NCBI GenBank assembly: GCA_040954595.2
Contig: CM082588.2
Span: 7,279,947-7,343,946, forward strand
Origin: Balanoglossus misakiensis
Taxonomy: Eukaryota > Animalia > Hemichordata
Direction of reading: 5' to 3'
DNA: 64,000 nt
The notes under the pieces are model-generated. The model made no database searches. It saw nothing but the letters and a program-made list of their open reading frames with translations, and was not told where the DNA came from. Positions 1 to 14,700 of this stretch are shown here, piece by piece (within the stretch, counting starts at the first letter, position 1; each line of letters opens with the position of its first letter). The translations under genes were made by a program, and so were the position numbers.

Positions 1-774
1 TAAGATATTGCTAAGACTGGGGCAAATACATGCAGAGTGAGAGACATTAACTTTGTGCAAAAGAAAACATTGGTGTTGATAATGGAAAAAGTTTTGACTG
101 TATTTAATTGACACAAAACTGAATTGTTCATTATGTTCTGAAGTCATTTTAACGAATTATGTGTTTATTCATTATTGTAGATTTTATACCATGTTCAAAG
201 CTTACATTTGAGAAATTGACTATCTGGTTAGAATGAAAATTATATCTTTCATCTCAGATGTTTATATTTGGCAAACATCACTGTGGCAAAACAATTCTCG
301 TAGCACAGCAACTGAACTCGGAACGAAAAAACAAAACAAATCTTATTTGAGACATGGAGGGCGCTATTGCATATCTTCCAAGACGTCACCACAAAAATAC
401 ACTTATACTGAATTTGACTTGATTAAATCATTAGCTATGTGATTTTTCTTTATGACAACTTTCTCATTCAGCTCGTACCTTGGTAAGGTGAATTTAGTTG
501 CTTGATTCAACAGAGAATGCTAAAGTGTATGGTCTCCATTGATCATGATCACAGTTATAATTTCACTGAATGACATACCACCATACATACCATAACACAT
601 ACCAAACTTGTACTGACAATATGGTCAGTACAATCAATTATGTGCTTGATCGTGAAGGTGGATAGGGGAAATATTAAGCAATGGCCCCATCCCCTCGGGC
701 TTAGTCTAATTACCCCCCTCCCCCCATATTAGACACGTATCGCCCGAGGTTGGGTCCCTCAGGGAAGTTGTTGC

Positions 775-859
775 ATAACCCTTTCACCACCATGGCTTGG
801 GCCAACTCCATTGTTTTCCATGGTAATGTTGGACCTCTATAGAGGGGTGAAAGGTTTAA
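775..859 (+). mobile_element. piggyBac-like ~90 bp MITE (family A), degenerate copy
   Basis: ATAA-CCCTTTCACC...GGTGAAAGGT-TTAA with the shared internal CCATTGTTTTC.ATGGTAA.GTTGGACCTCT. Confidence 0.75.
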
Positions 860-1621
860 ACAAAAAGCTAGTAGTGCTGTAATATCTTACTGTCATTAAA
901 TGGATTTTACACTTTACTTACTTTACACTGCAATCATATTGCGGTCGAAATGTATAATATATTTCACTAAGGTTTAGTATTTTTCACCATTCACCTCTCA
1001 TGAAATAACACACTGTATTTATGAATGTACCGTTTCCGCATAGATTGCAGAAATACTATGTACAACCAGGAATTATTATATTTAAACTACCCACCTTTCT
1101 TGTGTTGTTTTCGATCGATAGTGCAATTTGAGGTCAAGGGTTACCATCATGGCGGAATGCAAAAGTCCCCGGATATGGCTTTGTTACTATAGAGACAGCG
1201 CGCGACAGTAACTTGCTTCGCGGAAAATGTTTACCCTAGCTACATAATCCCCTGTCGCCCGACTGTAAAGCTCCGCGCTAGTAATGTAGGTCGAAAACAT
1301 TTCTGCGGTAATATTGATAATTCTGACTCTAAGCAGGCCTCAGTATACCTACTTTAATGGTATTGAGTGATTTTATTGAAAAGAGGCTTTGCATTTCATA
1401 TACAGAGCTAAACTTCCAGTGCGCATGGATATACCGGGTCACCAATGGCGTAATTGGTCCAGACAATGTAATAAGATCTTGGTATAGGACTTTGAACTGT
1501 GATAGGTGTTGATCGACTTGTGTATTTCTTTCTTATTTCCTACATTTGGACAAATAAGGAGCTGGTAGAGCCTGTCACACCAGCCAGACGTTCTCGACGA
1601 TTTCACGGCCCCACGTTAAAG

Positions 1622-4600
1622 ATGGCTGGCCAAGAACTGTGGGGCAGCATTACTGTACACACGCCGGATTGCGTGGAGTCGTTGAAGATCGACCACGATG
1701 ACCGTATTTACACAACGGTACGTGTATGTGTGAATGTGTTTCCTTTTATTATTTACCGCCAACACCTCTCTTGTTGATGCCTACACATCGGGTCGAGATA
1801 ATATGCTTATTAAAATACTGCCATTTTGCTTCCGGTGAGACGTCGTTAGGGGAAACTCTTGCTCGCGATCGCTGCACCATGTACATTTCACTGGGCCCTG
1901 GGGAAAGGTGAAACTGACATGACAGTGATCGCCCTTGTTTGGTCCGTCTTCATGGATCATTGTGTTTTGCGGATAGAGTGTGTATCATGTCAGATCGTGG
2001 AGCTACCACAGACAATCCATGGTCAGATTGTCGTGCACACTGTGACACAGGCAGTGACCATTGCCAGTGAGAAGCATATGACATTTTCCAACAACAACGA
2101 CCTGCACGATAAAGTGGGAACCTTTCCAGATACTATTGAACTAAGGATGTTTGCTTTTAGTGAAGGGGTGGTGTTTAGTGGTTTGTCAAGGTCTTAAAAG
2201 AACTGACAACCATTGTACATTTCAAATGTTGAATAGTCCCACTCCCCACAAATACGTATCAAATGGCCCTGACCAATTTCCAATTGAAGACCAGCACAAA
2301 CTTGAAAACAGACATTTAAATGTGCCTTTACCTTTTCTTAGTTCTTACTTCGGTAGTAATTAAACCAGTTTTGAGTTCAAACTTTTTTTGCCATTTAGAG
2401 TAAAAATAAGCAAACCACAGACAGAAAAGTAAGATTCGTACAAGGGTTGAAGAAATGGTGAATGATTATGTATTTTCTGAGATGTAAACAAATCAACTCT
2501 CAGAAACTGTTTATGTACACTTAAGTATGTTCTGCATGAAAACACAACTCTGTTTACATTTGTTGTAAATCGTGTTGGCATAACTTATCTTTGTAATTGG
2601 ATCAGATTTGATTGGTAGATTACAACTGTGATTGTAGATATTGGTTTTGGGGGTTGGGTTTTTTTACTCTTTATAAGTTAAGAGTACCAACTGAATAGAA
2701 CTTGTAAATTGTTTAATACTTGTATAGTTGTTTTCCTGAATGCACCAACACTCTTATAGCTAATGTAAAAAAAAATCAGTTTCTTATTAATTAAAAGTAT
2801 AAGGCAGCTGTATGTTTTAGCTGAATTAACTTTAAAACAAAATGTTTAAAAGCCGAAACTTTTTGCTACCCGCAATCAAAAGAAGTATTTACACAATGCC
2901 ATAGGAATTCCACTACAACTTGTGAAGATTCACGCATGTATGTTAGCCAAAATTGTCTTAATTCAAGCTGTGAATTAAACTCACCATTTTTGTGTAAAGT
3001 TGACAAACTGCACCACACTGTCACATAGAGTTCCACTGCAACGACAAGTTGTTTTCAATGAAGTGTAAGAAATGTTACCACCTATTGAAGAATTTATAAA
3101 TGCTTGATCAATACTGATCAAGAAATTCTCAGATAACAGTCTGGCTGTCATGGAAATTTGTAGTCCGGTAATCGCAGGCTTAGAGACGCCAAGAAGTGAA
3201 AAATTAATACATGCTTAGGTCTCCAGTCTGATAAAATTGATTGCTATCATCACTGCAACTGATAACTTTAATAAATTGCGCATAAAACTTCTGTCATGGT
3301 AGTATTTTAAGTGTCTATGGCTAAAATGTTCTTTTGGGGTTAGCTTTGGTCTTTACTTTATTCATGCTGACACAGTTAAAGCAGTGTGCCTTCTGAGCTC
3401 ATATGATGCGACACTGACTCGACAAACTCACTGGTGACTCAAGAAAATTATCCACAATACATGCATACGTATAGGGCTGACTCAGAGAAATTTTAAGAAA
3501 TCCTAAAATTGACTCAAACTGCTTTTAACCGTTTCACTGCCATGGTTCAGTCCAAACCCATTGTTTACTATGGTAAGGTTGGACATCTAAAGAGGGAACT
3601 GGGGGTGAAAGGGTTAAAAATTACATTTGTTGGAGGGCACACTGAGTTGAAGTCAGCAAAATAAAATTACATCATTTATTTTTCCATTCTTAGACGACAA
3701 AGAAGAGCAAACAGAGGCTGTTGTCACGGCGACCATGGTCGACACCCAACCCGAATCGATCAGCAGCGTCAGTATCATCATCCAGGGCATCCACAGCATC
3801 AGTGAGATCATTGGATAATATGACAAAAATCCAGAACTGGATTAGTGAAAAGTCAATCCGCAATATTCAGGTAAGTCATTTCTTTGTCTACATTATACTG
3901 TAAAACGGTAAATTTTCACGACATGAAATTTTCGCAAAATCATAGGAGGCAACTGTTACGCGAGGATTAATTTTCACGTTCTCTTATTTTTACTGGCTAG
4001 TTATCTCCAAAAAACATTTTACGTGACTTTTTATTTTCACGTTTTTTTGGCACTCGCGTATTTCGCGAAAATGTATTGCTTGCGAAAATAGCCCGTTTTA
4101 CAGTATATATTGGTACATCAATAGAAGTCTGTCTGTAACATACTGTAAAACGGGAAATTTTTGCAACAGGAAATTTTACTTTAGCCTAAAATCCTAAATT
4201 ATGCCTTGGATAAGAGCCAACAAAATTCCCTTCTTCCCAAAGCTTCCCAAAGGCATGTTATATGATACAGCCAGTTCTCTTTCCAAGATGTTAATACAAA
4301 TGCCTTCATGGGATTTAAGAATACAATTGAGATGTGAAGACATTGTAGTCATGGCCCAGTCTATGGAGAAACTTTTGAATGATTAACTTGATGTTCACAG
4401 CAAGTTTATGGTACTGTGTGTTGAGTCAATGCAACAACCCTAAACCAGTTACTTGGTCCATGTATTTCTTTCTTCAAATCAAACGACCACAAGCAAAAAC
4501 CACTTGTCAGGTTTAATAATTGTTCTTGCGATTTAAGGATATCCCTGAGGCCAGGATTATGAGATTTAGTAGACTTGTCACTGCATTGTGTCTCTTAAAT

Positions 4601-7600
4601 CCGTGCGACTTGTAGAGTAATTGAATACTGATCTGCCCTGAATGTTACCTGTCTGCCCTGTGGGATGTTTTGGTTGCCACGGATCACTGACTTCGTAGCG
4701 ATCAGTAAACAAAGGGCTTTTCGTTGAGTTCATGATTTTGTCATCAACTTACTGCAGGACTTGGTGTGTGAGATTTCTTCTAAATACAATAAAATTCAAC
4801 TCTAGTCATACACTTTAAACATTTAAAAAAAATCACAAATCTTTTCCGTTATTTGGCCAACATTACTTTGTATGTTTCTTTGGTAATACTAGTTACATAT
4901 CACACATATCATTAGTTGTCTGTATTTTAACCCATTCACCTCCATGGTTCCGTTCAACCCCACTGTTTTCTATGGTAGGGTTGGACTTTAAAGAGGGAAC
5001 TGGGGGTGAGAGGGTTAAGGTAGGGACTGCAAAGAGGCAGTGCATGACAGGTAGAATTTCAAGAAAAGCAGTATCGTCATTTTCTTGACTGTATTTCATT
5101 CCGAAATTAACAGCCTCTAACTAAAAAAGGAAGATGGAAACAAAAATAAGTAGCGCCCCCCCCCCCCCCCCCAAATTAAAGTTGCGTGGTGGGTTATCGT
5201 GAGCTGAGAGTTCAAAGGTTTCTTGTCCTTAACAACTTCAGAAGTCGACAAGTGGAGGAATAAATCTTCCAATAACGCGGCACTGATCTACTTAGTTGGC
5301 CATTTTGACAGAATAATCAATACCCTCTGTTATTTGGCGTCTAGTTTTCTGTTGCTATGACAATCTATCAGATAAGGGTGGTCATCATAAAGTTCATTAA
5401 AAAAGCATTTGATGATTTTAATGGACTCTGAACTAAGTTAAGAAGCACTGTCATTGTACTGTTATTTCAACAAGAATGGGACAAGCATTGATAGGAAAGA
5501 CCAATTTTCTAGGAAATTGTATGTTGTGGAGTCAGTAAATATACACAGACCGGAAAAAAATTGTCACTGTAAAATACATTTATTTGTATGGTAGTTGAAT
5601 TCCTTTTGAACATATTTGGCTTCAATGATTGGCTTTTATTGTATGGATGGACCTTTCAATAGAGAAATGGTGAAAATTGGTGAAATTTCCGATCCCATTC
5701 AGTAGCAGCGCAGTAGTAATGGAATTTACAATTTGATCTAGCTCATCACGTTCTCATCATGTGTGTTTCATTTCACTGGGAGCTTTTAATACAACAAAGA
5801 CTCATTTCCCAAGAGAGCCATATTGCTCAGAGAGATCCAAAGAAAATGTGATCAAAACGCTGTAAAAAACTCAATTTTCTAATGAATTTTAGAATATGTG
5901 CAGATAATGTCAACTATCAATGTACTACAAGCATTAGGAGTTTGAAGTAATTAAATTCTAAGAGGTCTATCGAACGTTCAAGACCAAAAGGGTATTATAT
6001 TCGGACCAGGAACATTCAACATTACCATGGTAACGTATTGATATTTGCTACTGTGGTCACTGGAGCTTGTTATAGGCAGTAATTGCCACTGCATACAAGA
6101 TCGCTGCGTCTGCAGTTATTAAATCACAAGTGAATTGAGTTTGGTAAAAAGCCATTAAAAGACTGACTATTTGAACAAGGGCAACAGACAATGCGCGATT
6201 GGAGAGTTGAGTAAATCCCAAACATTAACCTTTTATTCCATTTGGTGTCTTTTATGTATTAACTCTTTGCGGGCCTAGTAATAAAAAGCCCATGAAATGA
6301 ATGTAGTTAAAGTGCCGTTTTAAGACTGCTGGCCGTCCACGTAAGACCATTTATGTTGTGTGACCTCAGAATACATGCAGTGGTGTTTGAGGTTGTCTCC
6401 ATAGACTTTATAGTTAAGTTGGCACACCTTAAAAAACAAGTCTTGTATAAGAGGCTGTCTTGAGAGCAGTAGAAAGAAAACCAATTATGTGTTTCATAAA
6501 ATTCCGTCAAATCTTTGTCTAAAAGCACCGTATAGGATTCCTGATAATCCATAATATGAAGTCCGATATTCTTTCAGCCTACCTATTGTAAAGTTTTGGT
6601 TTATTTGCTGACGTCGGGACTCAAAACCCTACAGGCACCTGCCAGGTCAAAGGTCATCAAACAAAGCGCACTTTTGCATATTGTTGCTGGGCATTATTTA
6701 GGCCACACACACACTGGCATACAAAGCGACGTTACAAGTATAGTGTGTAGGGTACAACAGAAAAAGGACATGAACACACAATAAAATCTGAAGACAAAAA
6801 CTGTTGACAAAACTAAGGAACACAGTAAACAGCGAAAAAATAGTCTGTTTTGAAAATATTTTGTACAACTTCAGCAACATACATATTCGAGTTAGTGAAA
6901 ACGTATAAGCTTGAACATGTATTTCTAGTGTCGACATCTTTCAAAAGCCATTGTTATCAGAAGGGAATAATAATTATAGCAAAGGGAAGTTTGATTTTAA
7001 CCAATCCCAGAATTTATGTCATGTTTTGCAAACATGATCAGAAATAATAATCAAGAAATATTAGGTTTTTAGTGAGGGTCTTATTTTTTTTACCCTTTTG
7101 CAAAGTTCAAATCAATATGTATATCAATGGATATTTACGGTAGAATTAGCAATTATTGATCTAATTCTTGCCATGACTTAGGAGTTCTGGTTGAGATATT
7201 ATGCCAAGGTAGACTTGTAGAGGTATAGTGTGAACAAAATTAGAAATCTTCAAATAATTTTTTTTTTTTCATTCTAGGAGAAAGCAGATCCTGAAAGGAA
7301 AGAAACCAAGAAATTGTATATGTCATTACTTGATGAAGAAGATACTTTTGTGAAGGTAATCTATTCTGCCACTCATAAATTTGGAAGCTTCAAATCATTT
7401 GTTGGAAGTCAGACAAAATTATTGCTTGAATCGCGGAAGTCAGTGATCAAATATTGGACCAGTGGCAGCCAAGATTTCATGACTTTTTGAATCATTTGCT
7501 ATGTGCAGTAATAACAGACTATTTTGCTGAAGTTTGAGTTAAAGTGAGAATTTGTAAACATTTATTGTATCATTTATGTGGTACATTTCATATGAAATGA

Positions 7601-10600
7601 CAAAAATCATATTGCAATGTCACCATAGAGGGCGCATTGTCAGGCCATAAATTGTGTCCTATATTTGGCTTGGTGCTTAGGTAAACTGTTATGGCTATAA
7701 GGAACATTCGGTAAAATCACCCTTCACATTTTGGCGAGAAATGTCTTGCATAACTGTAACAAACTAAATCAAATCTAAGATTAAATATTCTATGACCTTA
7801 CAGGAAGTCGACAACTTTGTCAAAAACAAAGAGTACTTGGATTTACGTAAAAAAGAAATGCTTCACAAGAAATGGAGTGAGAGAGTTTACGAACCATTGC
7901 AAGCGCAGGTCTACAGAGAGATGAAACAGGAATACCCGGATGTTGAGAGACGTAAACGAAATTTACATGATGATTATGTTGAATATTGCAATCGTAGGGT
8001 AAGTTGCTTCATCCATGCTGTCTTGGTGGTTGACATACTGCTAGAAAGTACTGTAAAACACTTTATTTTTGCAAGTTGAAATTTTCACGATATCAAGAGA
8101 GGCCACTGTTTCGCGAGTATAAATTTTCGCGTTCTCTTATTTCATTCACTGCATCGTTATCTTTAAAAAAAAATTACGTGACTTTTTATTTTCACGCTAT
8201 TTTGGCTCTTGCTTATTTCGCGAAAATTTATTGCTCGCGAAAATAAAGTGTTTTACAGTACTCATCTTGCAAGTACCCGGGGGTGCCACAACTATCAGGG
8301 GGTGCCACATTTGCGTCTGTCAACTGGCAACTGAATATTATCTGCATTATGATTTGTTTGTAGTGCTCACAGTAATCTTCATCTAAGACACAAACATGTC
8401 AATGATTACCCAAATATCACAGTATCTATGCGGAAGTGTGAATTGATAATATCTGGCTACAATCAAACTTTTACCCACTCACACTACACATCAAGGGTAT
8501 CTAGATTTCTGTTGCCAGTTGGATGACTTTAAGTTGTATTAAATATTCTGGTATTGTCAATAACTTTTACTGGATGCCGATTGCTTGCCCGTCACGTGGA
8601 AATGACAACGCCGTGGGTCACATGGCCAGATCACGTGATTGATAGTAAAGAATTAGTTTACATTGACTGGTGCATATAATCTTCATTTTCACTTTACTGT
8701 ACAAATCTAACTTTTCCTCTTACTAGCAAACTAACCGTCCACATACAACACATACGTGTAGACCACGTACAACTTGTACGTACAGTCGAACTTCCAGATA
8801 CACCTACTGAATTCAATTCAGCCTTGCCCCCTCTCTTGTAAGTTTAAAAACTGTCTTTATTGGCATAGATATAGTTTAATACGCATGCATGTAGCATTTT
8901 CACACATCCCCCCCTCCCCCGGAGTGTATTCCTTCAGCATTTCACATCTCCCTGGTAATTATTTTGGAGTGTTTGGTTTCATATTGTAATGAATTTCAAT
9001 TCAGAGAAGTTCACTGCATGATAGATACACATTGGTTCTTTCTGTTTTGTGGTTTGATGTGTATTTTGTGAAATTTCACTCCTCGTCCCTCCGTATTGGA
9101 CCCCGACCTCCCCTATAGAGTCAAAATGGTATAATCTTTTCACCTGCATTGAGTAGGGGAAATATCCATGTAGGTTAGGGACCTCTCATGTCGTCCGATC
9201 TCCAGTTGAGACATCTCAGTTTTTACATCATCCAAAATGGACTTGGGGCATGGATCATGTGCCAATCACATCCATATGCTACCTGTATCTACACTGGTCA
9301 GTTTCTGTGATAGATGTGTTTTGTAACAATTGGGCAAGACAAAACAACTGTTCATTGAATACCACATAAAACTTGTTCTGTGCATTTTCATGATACAAAC
9401 ATTCTAACTGGCTACATGCCGAGCTCAGGTGGGTATGACTGGCTAACCAACATCACTGAATGCATTGTATCAATCAACTAGATACTGTTGCAGAATTAAC
9501 ATCAGTGATTGGCTAATTTGCATGGCTGTGCATACATTTGCATCTACCTCATGCTACAATGCAAAATTACTAACCATTCAGCATAATGTCTGAAGATGCT
9601 ACATGTACATGATAAAAGAATTACAAATTTCATTGTAAATGATGGATTTTTATCAATTCCCCCTCCACACATTGTGTGTTGATCAGAATATTCACGTAGG
9701 TTTTTCTGAAAGTGTACCCATATCCCAACAACTTTCCTTCCTTCCGATGTGTATGTATGTATTATCATACACCAATTTCATAAAGAAGGCACTCTTCAAA
9801 AAGTTAATGCAAAAAATGAAGTCAGTAGGTACAGAGGTGAACAAACCTTGCATATGACTATTTTTTGTTATAGAAAAAAAACATGCAAGAAAGTCCCAAC
9901 CCAGTGGTGCATTTGTACACAGTATAATTGTCTACATACTTGTTTACCTTGGACCAACTGGCCTCATTTTCGCAGCAACCTTTTGAAGAGTAAGAAATCA
10001 AATACATGTACATGTATATTGACACTGGTGTGAAAATATTCAACTTGGCTTGCCCGTCAAGATTGACCATGTATAACATTGTCAGTTATTTCTGGTTCTA
10101 AACACTGAAGGATACCTTTGAAACGCAAAAGTTACAATTACTGTCCCTATAACACTTCCAAACAACACCACTACAGGAATGCTATTATTAGAAAGAATTC
10201 TGTTGGCTTGTCCAAGTTGAAATTATCACGTACAGCTGTATACATACACACCATTATACAGGCAATGTTTTCTGAACTTCTGTTATTTTTCCTCCTTGCT
10301 GCTATAGCCTGTTTTCTTAGATACAATGTCCAAAGAAGATTACAACCCTTTACAATTACAAGTGCCTAGGCCAGCGCCTATTGTAGCAGAGACACAGAAA
10401 TTTGATGATCCACTTATAGCTCAAGAAAAAGTCAGAAATGAAGAAGACAGGACGATAATTAGGTGTATGACAGGTAAGTAGAGAAACTATCCCTCAATCC
10501 TACTATACACCCCTCTTCTGTCTTCGGGTTTGGTTTCTTCTCCATTGTGTGTGACACTTGGAACATTCCATTGCATTAATAATGGGTGTGTATTACCCAC

Positions 10601-11770
10601 ATATACTGGTAGACCCTACATTCAAGGGAATTTTGATGAACATTTTTCGGAAGGTATAGAACAGTACTGCAGCATAAATTGGATTTGTGCACCCAATTAT
10701 TCAACACACATATACACACATTTGACATTGATCTTGTGGCAATGATGCTGTGGTAGGTCATAATGCAATGACTTGGTATCTCAGTCACAGTGTAGTATAT
10801 CTAGCATGCACTTGACCTTACCGATAAAAGCATTGAGTATTGTTTGTCAAGTTGAAGGTCATTAGATAGGGGAGACAGTTTGGGCTGGTGATTTTTTTGG
10901 CGAAGTTAAACGCCAATTTCTGTTGTTACTTTTTTTATTGCCTAAAGCACTTTCCTTAATTCATCAATGAAAGAGAAAGTTTGAAGTCTCTCTTGAAGTA
11001 AATTCTGAGATGCATTTTTTCTTCACTTCTCGATAGTGTGTATAGGCATCCCTTGATTTAGGTTTGTTGGTATGTCTTTGTCAACAGGTAAATCATTATC
11101 CGATCGAGCAGTTGAAAAACACCGTCTTCCACCCCTTCCGTTGGTTCCACTGGGAAGACACGGCACGGAATGCAGTACTTGGCTTGCTATGCAGTTACAT
11201 GATATCGACAGCCAGGTTAGACACAAGAGCAGGTGAGATTATCAGAGATTATCATCATTTAGTAATGAGAATTTGTCAATTACTGAGAATGCAATACATT
11301 TCATGTGAACAATGAAAATTCATAATCGTACGGTGTGTGACCTTTACCATACTTAATCGAATTGTGTAATGGCAGAGATTTGACTTTTACATCAGAAAAT
11401 TAAGTCGTCTCACATTCAGTACAAGCTGTTGTCTAAAATAAATACCAATCTCTAACACTTGTTGACGTACTGTGTTGTTGTTCAGACATGCCAGTGTCCT
11501 CAACCCATAGACTAAACTCTCCAAGTATCTTTCGTCAGAGAGCCTTCTTGTCAGTTTGATGACTTCTTCTCAAAACTAAATTCTGAAACTTCTTTCCTTG
11601 TATTCTTTTTGTGTTACAGGAGGAGAATGCACAGTAATTTCAACGATTCACATTTTGACTTCGACGAGTGGGGCAAAATGTCCTTTGATGGCAAGATAGT
11701 TGATGAAGAAATGCAATGTCAGAAGAAACGCATGTACTCTGATCCCCATGCTTCATTTGTCTTTGTGTAG
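1622..11770 (+). CDS. FAM228B: FAM228-family protein, 7 coding exons
   Basis: Exons 1622-1717, 3694-3870, 7278-7355, 7804-7998, 10308-10473, 11088-11232, 11620-11770 have GT-AG borders and join in frame to TAG. Motifs LDLRKKEMLHKKWSERVYEPLQ and VFLDTMSKEDYNPL...DPL are recognised as FAM228. The first exon is the least certain; A versus B paralog cannot be resolved. Confidence 0.75.
3525..3617 (+). mobile_element. piggyBac-like MITE (family A)
   Basis: TTAA flanks, TIR ...GGTGAAAGGG, family A core. Confidence 0.8.
3896..4105. mobile_element. Tc1/mariner-like ~200 bp MITE (family B)
   Basis: TA-CTGTAAAACGG...CCGTTTTACAG-TA with internal TTTTC[AG]CG repeats; a partial copy follows at 4141-4180. 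Confidence 0.75.
4927..5018 (+). mobile_element. piggyBac-like MITE (family A)
   Basis: TTAA-CCCATTCACC...GGTGAGAGGG-TTAA. Confidence 0.8.
8049..8260. mobile_element. Tc1/mariner-like MITE (family B)
   Basis: TA-CTGTAAAACACTTTATTTT...AAAATAAAGTGTTTTACAG-TA. Confidence 0.8.
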
Positions 11771-14700
11771 TCGCCAAGCAACCAATTACTCACTCCCATT
11801 GTCCAGTTTTTCCACCCGCTGGCAAGAACAGAGCAAATTTACTTCACATTGCCAAAATTTTCACGTCACTTTAAACAAATCTGAAATAATCATGTCTAAT
11901 GTGACAATCATGACGCCATTGAATAAATCTTAATGGACAATTGAACTTAGATAAAAAATACAGTCTCTTCAATTTTTTTTTAATGGTTGCTTTGTAGGTA
12001 TACTTTTCGCGTACTCAAAGCAACCATGAATAGAGAGAGAGTTTGTAGTTGCAATTTATTACAAATACAAGACGTCTCCCAAAAAATTTGGGGATATATT
12101 ACAAAAAATATTGAAGACATATCATTTTGAGGATAGCATAGGCAAAAAATAAGTCCGTCCAGATTTTTTATGTATGTTTTGCTAATCAGTACTTACAAGT
12201 ACGTGTTACCATGGCAACATATGGGTGTCGGCGTAACAACCAGAGTAGGGCAAAAGTTTCAGAGCGTTGATCATTGGCACATGGATTTCATCCCATTGCA
12301 TTTCTCACAACTTTCCTGGATCAACGGACACAGTTTCATCACCATGGCAACCTGGGGATGTGATCACCGCTGCAACACTGGTCAGTTGGTGTCATCGTGG
12401 GCAGTGTATTGATTCTGCAGGAGGAGTCAGTCGGAAGGAGGCTTTTTTTCTAAATCGAACAAATACTATACATTTGCGAGCTGTTGGCACACTTTTTAAC
12501 TAATATTACTAAACATTTACATTTCCCTTATTCTAACCTTTTGATACTCTGCTACGAAATATGTAACAAATGGCAATATTTGATTGGCCCACAATAATGC
12601 CTCGAAAATGCAACCAATTTTTTTCTTCATTACTATATGGATGATCGCACAGACATGGTGCAGACGGGGGTCTTCTAAAATTTGTTTCACTGTTAATATG
12701 TGTGAAAGATAAGGAGGTATCATTGTGCAACGTAGCGACAAAAGCTTTGTACTAATATTTTGTGGGTGCTGAAAACTAACTTTCATTTAGGGTTTGATAA
12801 CATGCAAATTATTGACTGGAATGCAAATTAACCAGGTGGTCTCTTACCTTGGCCAACTATGCACTGAATGATTCGTGAAGGGTGTGTAAATGTTCTTTTC
12901 AAAAAGCTACATTTGCTTTGTATCAGTTTGATTTTTTTTTTGTCAGTAAATGTTCAAATTTTGCAAGGACAAGGGAGCCTATGGACCAAACAGTTTGTTT
13001 CATTGATTCTTTACATGTACATGGTTTTCACTAATGAAATGTTTCAGGCTTGATTTTGTTGGAATGGGCTTAACATTTCACATATATTGAAAGTTTTAGG
13101 GTGAATTTATTTCAAACTTGTGTTGCCAACCAAAGACCACGTCACCATTTGACTGCAGTGAACTGCTTTTATACAGTAGTACCTGTAGTCATCAAACTGA
13201 CAACCCTCATTAACAATAGATTACAGAGAAAATCTCCGTACCTGCCATGAAAATACATGGTTGCTAGACAAAGCTTCAAGTATATATAGACGACCATCAG
13301 ACTTTGCTAAGTACATAATGTTCACATCCCAATTATATGTTGTGTATCTCTCTGGGAAAAGGCGAAAAGAGGTTCACCAAATGTGGAAAATATTTTGTAA
13401 CCTATCAGAGAATGTGTGTTCTTTTATACAGACAGGAAGAGAGGGGGGTTCACGGTGTGCAATATGATTTTGTCAAAACAAACCAAAAAAATATTATTAG
13501 AGATGAAGTAAATGTTCTGTTGACTCGGAAATGTTTCCACACTGTGTGAACTAATTTTTCGCTATAAAATGTCTCAAATTTCAGGCATTTGATACAATAA
13601 ATATTTAAGGTGTTCGTATCACATTGAAGACAGCCAATGAACAATTTATATGGAAATAGATATGCTTGTATGGATGTCTGTCATGGGAAAGTTTAGCTGT
13701 GTCTGGTCTAACAGGCCATGTCTTGTGGGACCAGTAATTTGCATAGTGGGATGTAGATATGTCAAAGAAGAAAAAAGATGAGATCTTTTCTTGTACAGAA
13801 AAAATGCCAAGAACATACAAAACAGCCAGTTAATTGTACCAGTTGACGTCAGTCTTAGAATCTTCCTCACATTATTGGTTTAGTGAGTTCTAGTAGTATG
13901 CAAATTATAAGGTCTCCTTGAAGGCCTGTTGGACCACACATACAATGTTATGTAAATATGATGGCAAGACCATTCAATGACGTTATTTTTGTAATTCATT
14001 GTAAAATATCACAGTGCAGATATTGGATTATCAATTTCTTCTGTTGGTGCCAATCTTTGGGTGCCAATATTTTTTATTAAGATTGTCACTGTTTACTGTA
14101 AATAAAGATGAAAGATACTTTGTATACTAGTTGTATACCATTCTACTTTGCATTCTGTTTCTATTGTCTGTGCGCGTGCGTGTGTATGTATGTATGTGTG
14201 TGTTTGTGAGAGAGAGAATGAGAGTATACCTGTGTGATGTGTTGTGTTGTTTCATGTACATGTACACGTTTGTTATTTGTGCATGTAAAGTTGGTATTCA
14301 GCAACATTGTTCACAGCAGGTTGTGTGTGTCATGGTGGCCATGTGTTAGTGTCTCATCTGTGTGGTAATATTGTTGGCTGTTGTGCCATCCAAATGCCCA
14401 AAGACAAGTACAGTAAACCCTGTCTAAACCAAACACCAAGGGGTCTGAAGAAATTTTAGCAAACATTACAATTGAAATTTTGATTTATTTTTCTGAAGCA
14501 CTTCTTTATGTATGGGTGTTGTTTATTTGTTTGACATTAATGGTTGTTTGGCTGAAGGTAGGTCTCTATGGAAACAACATTCTCAAAACACTACTGTAAT
14601 TGGTGATCTTTGGACCTCCTGATGTGGGCGTTATCAACTGATTTATGATTTGAAATGATTTATAATGGTAACCTCAAGTGTTCCAGCTACAGACGCTGAT

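Noticed and set aside
12127-12870. X-box GTTACCATGGCAAC (12205-12218) within a possible decayed TTAA-type transposon
   Set aside because: It is 3' of FAM228, the termini are too degenerate to call, and there is no second copy in the window.
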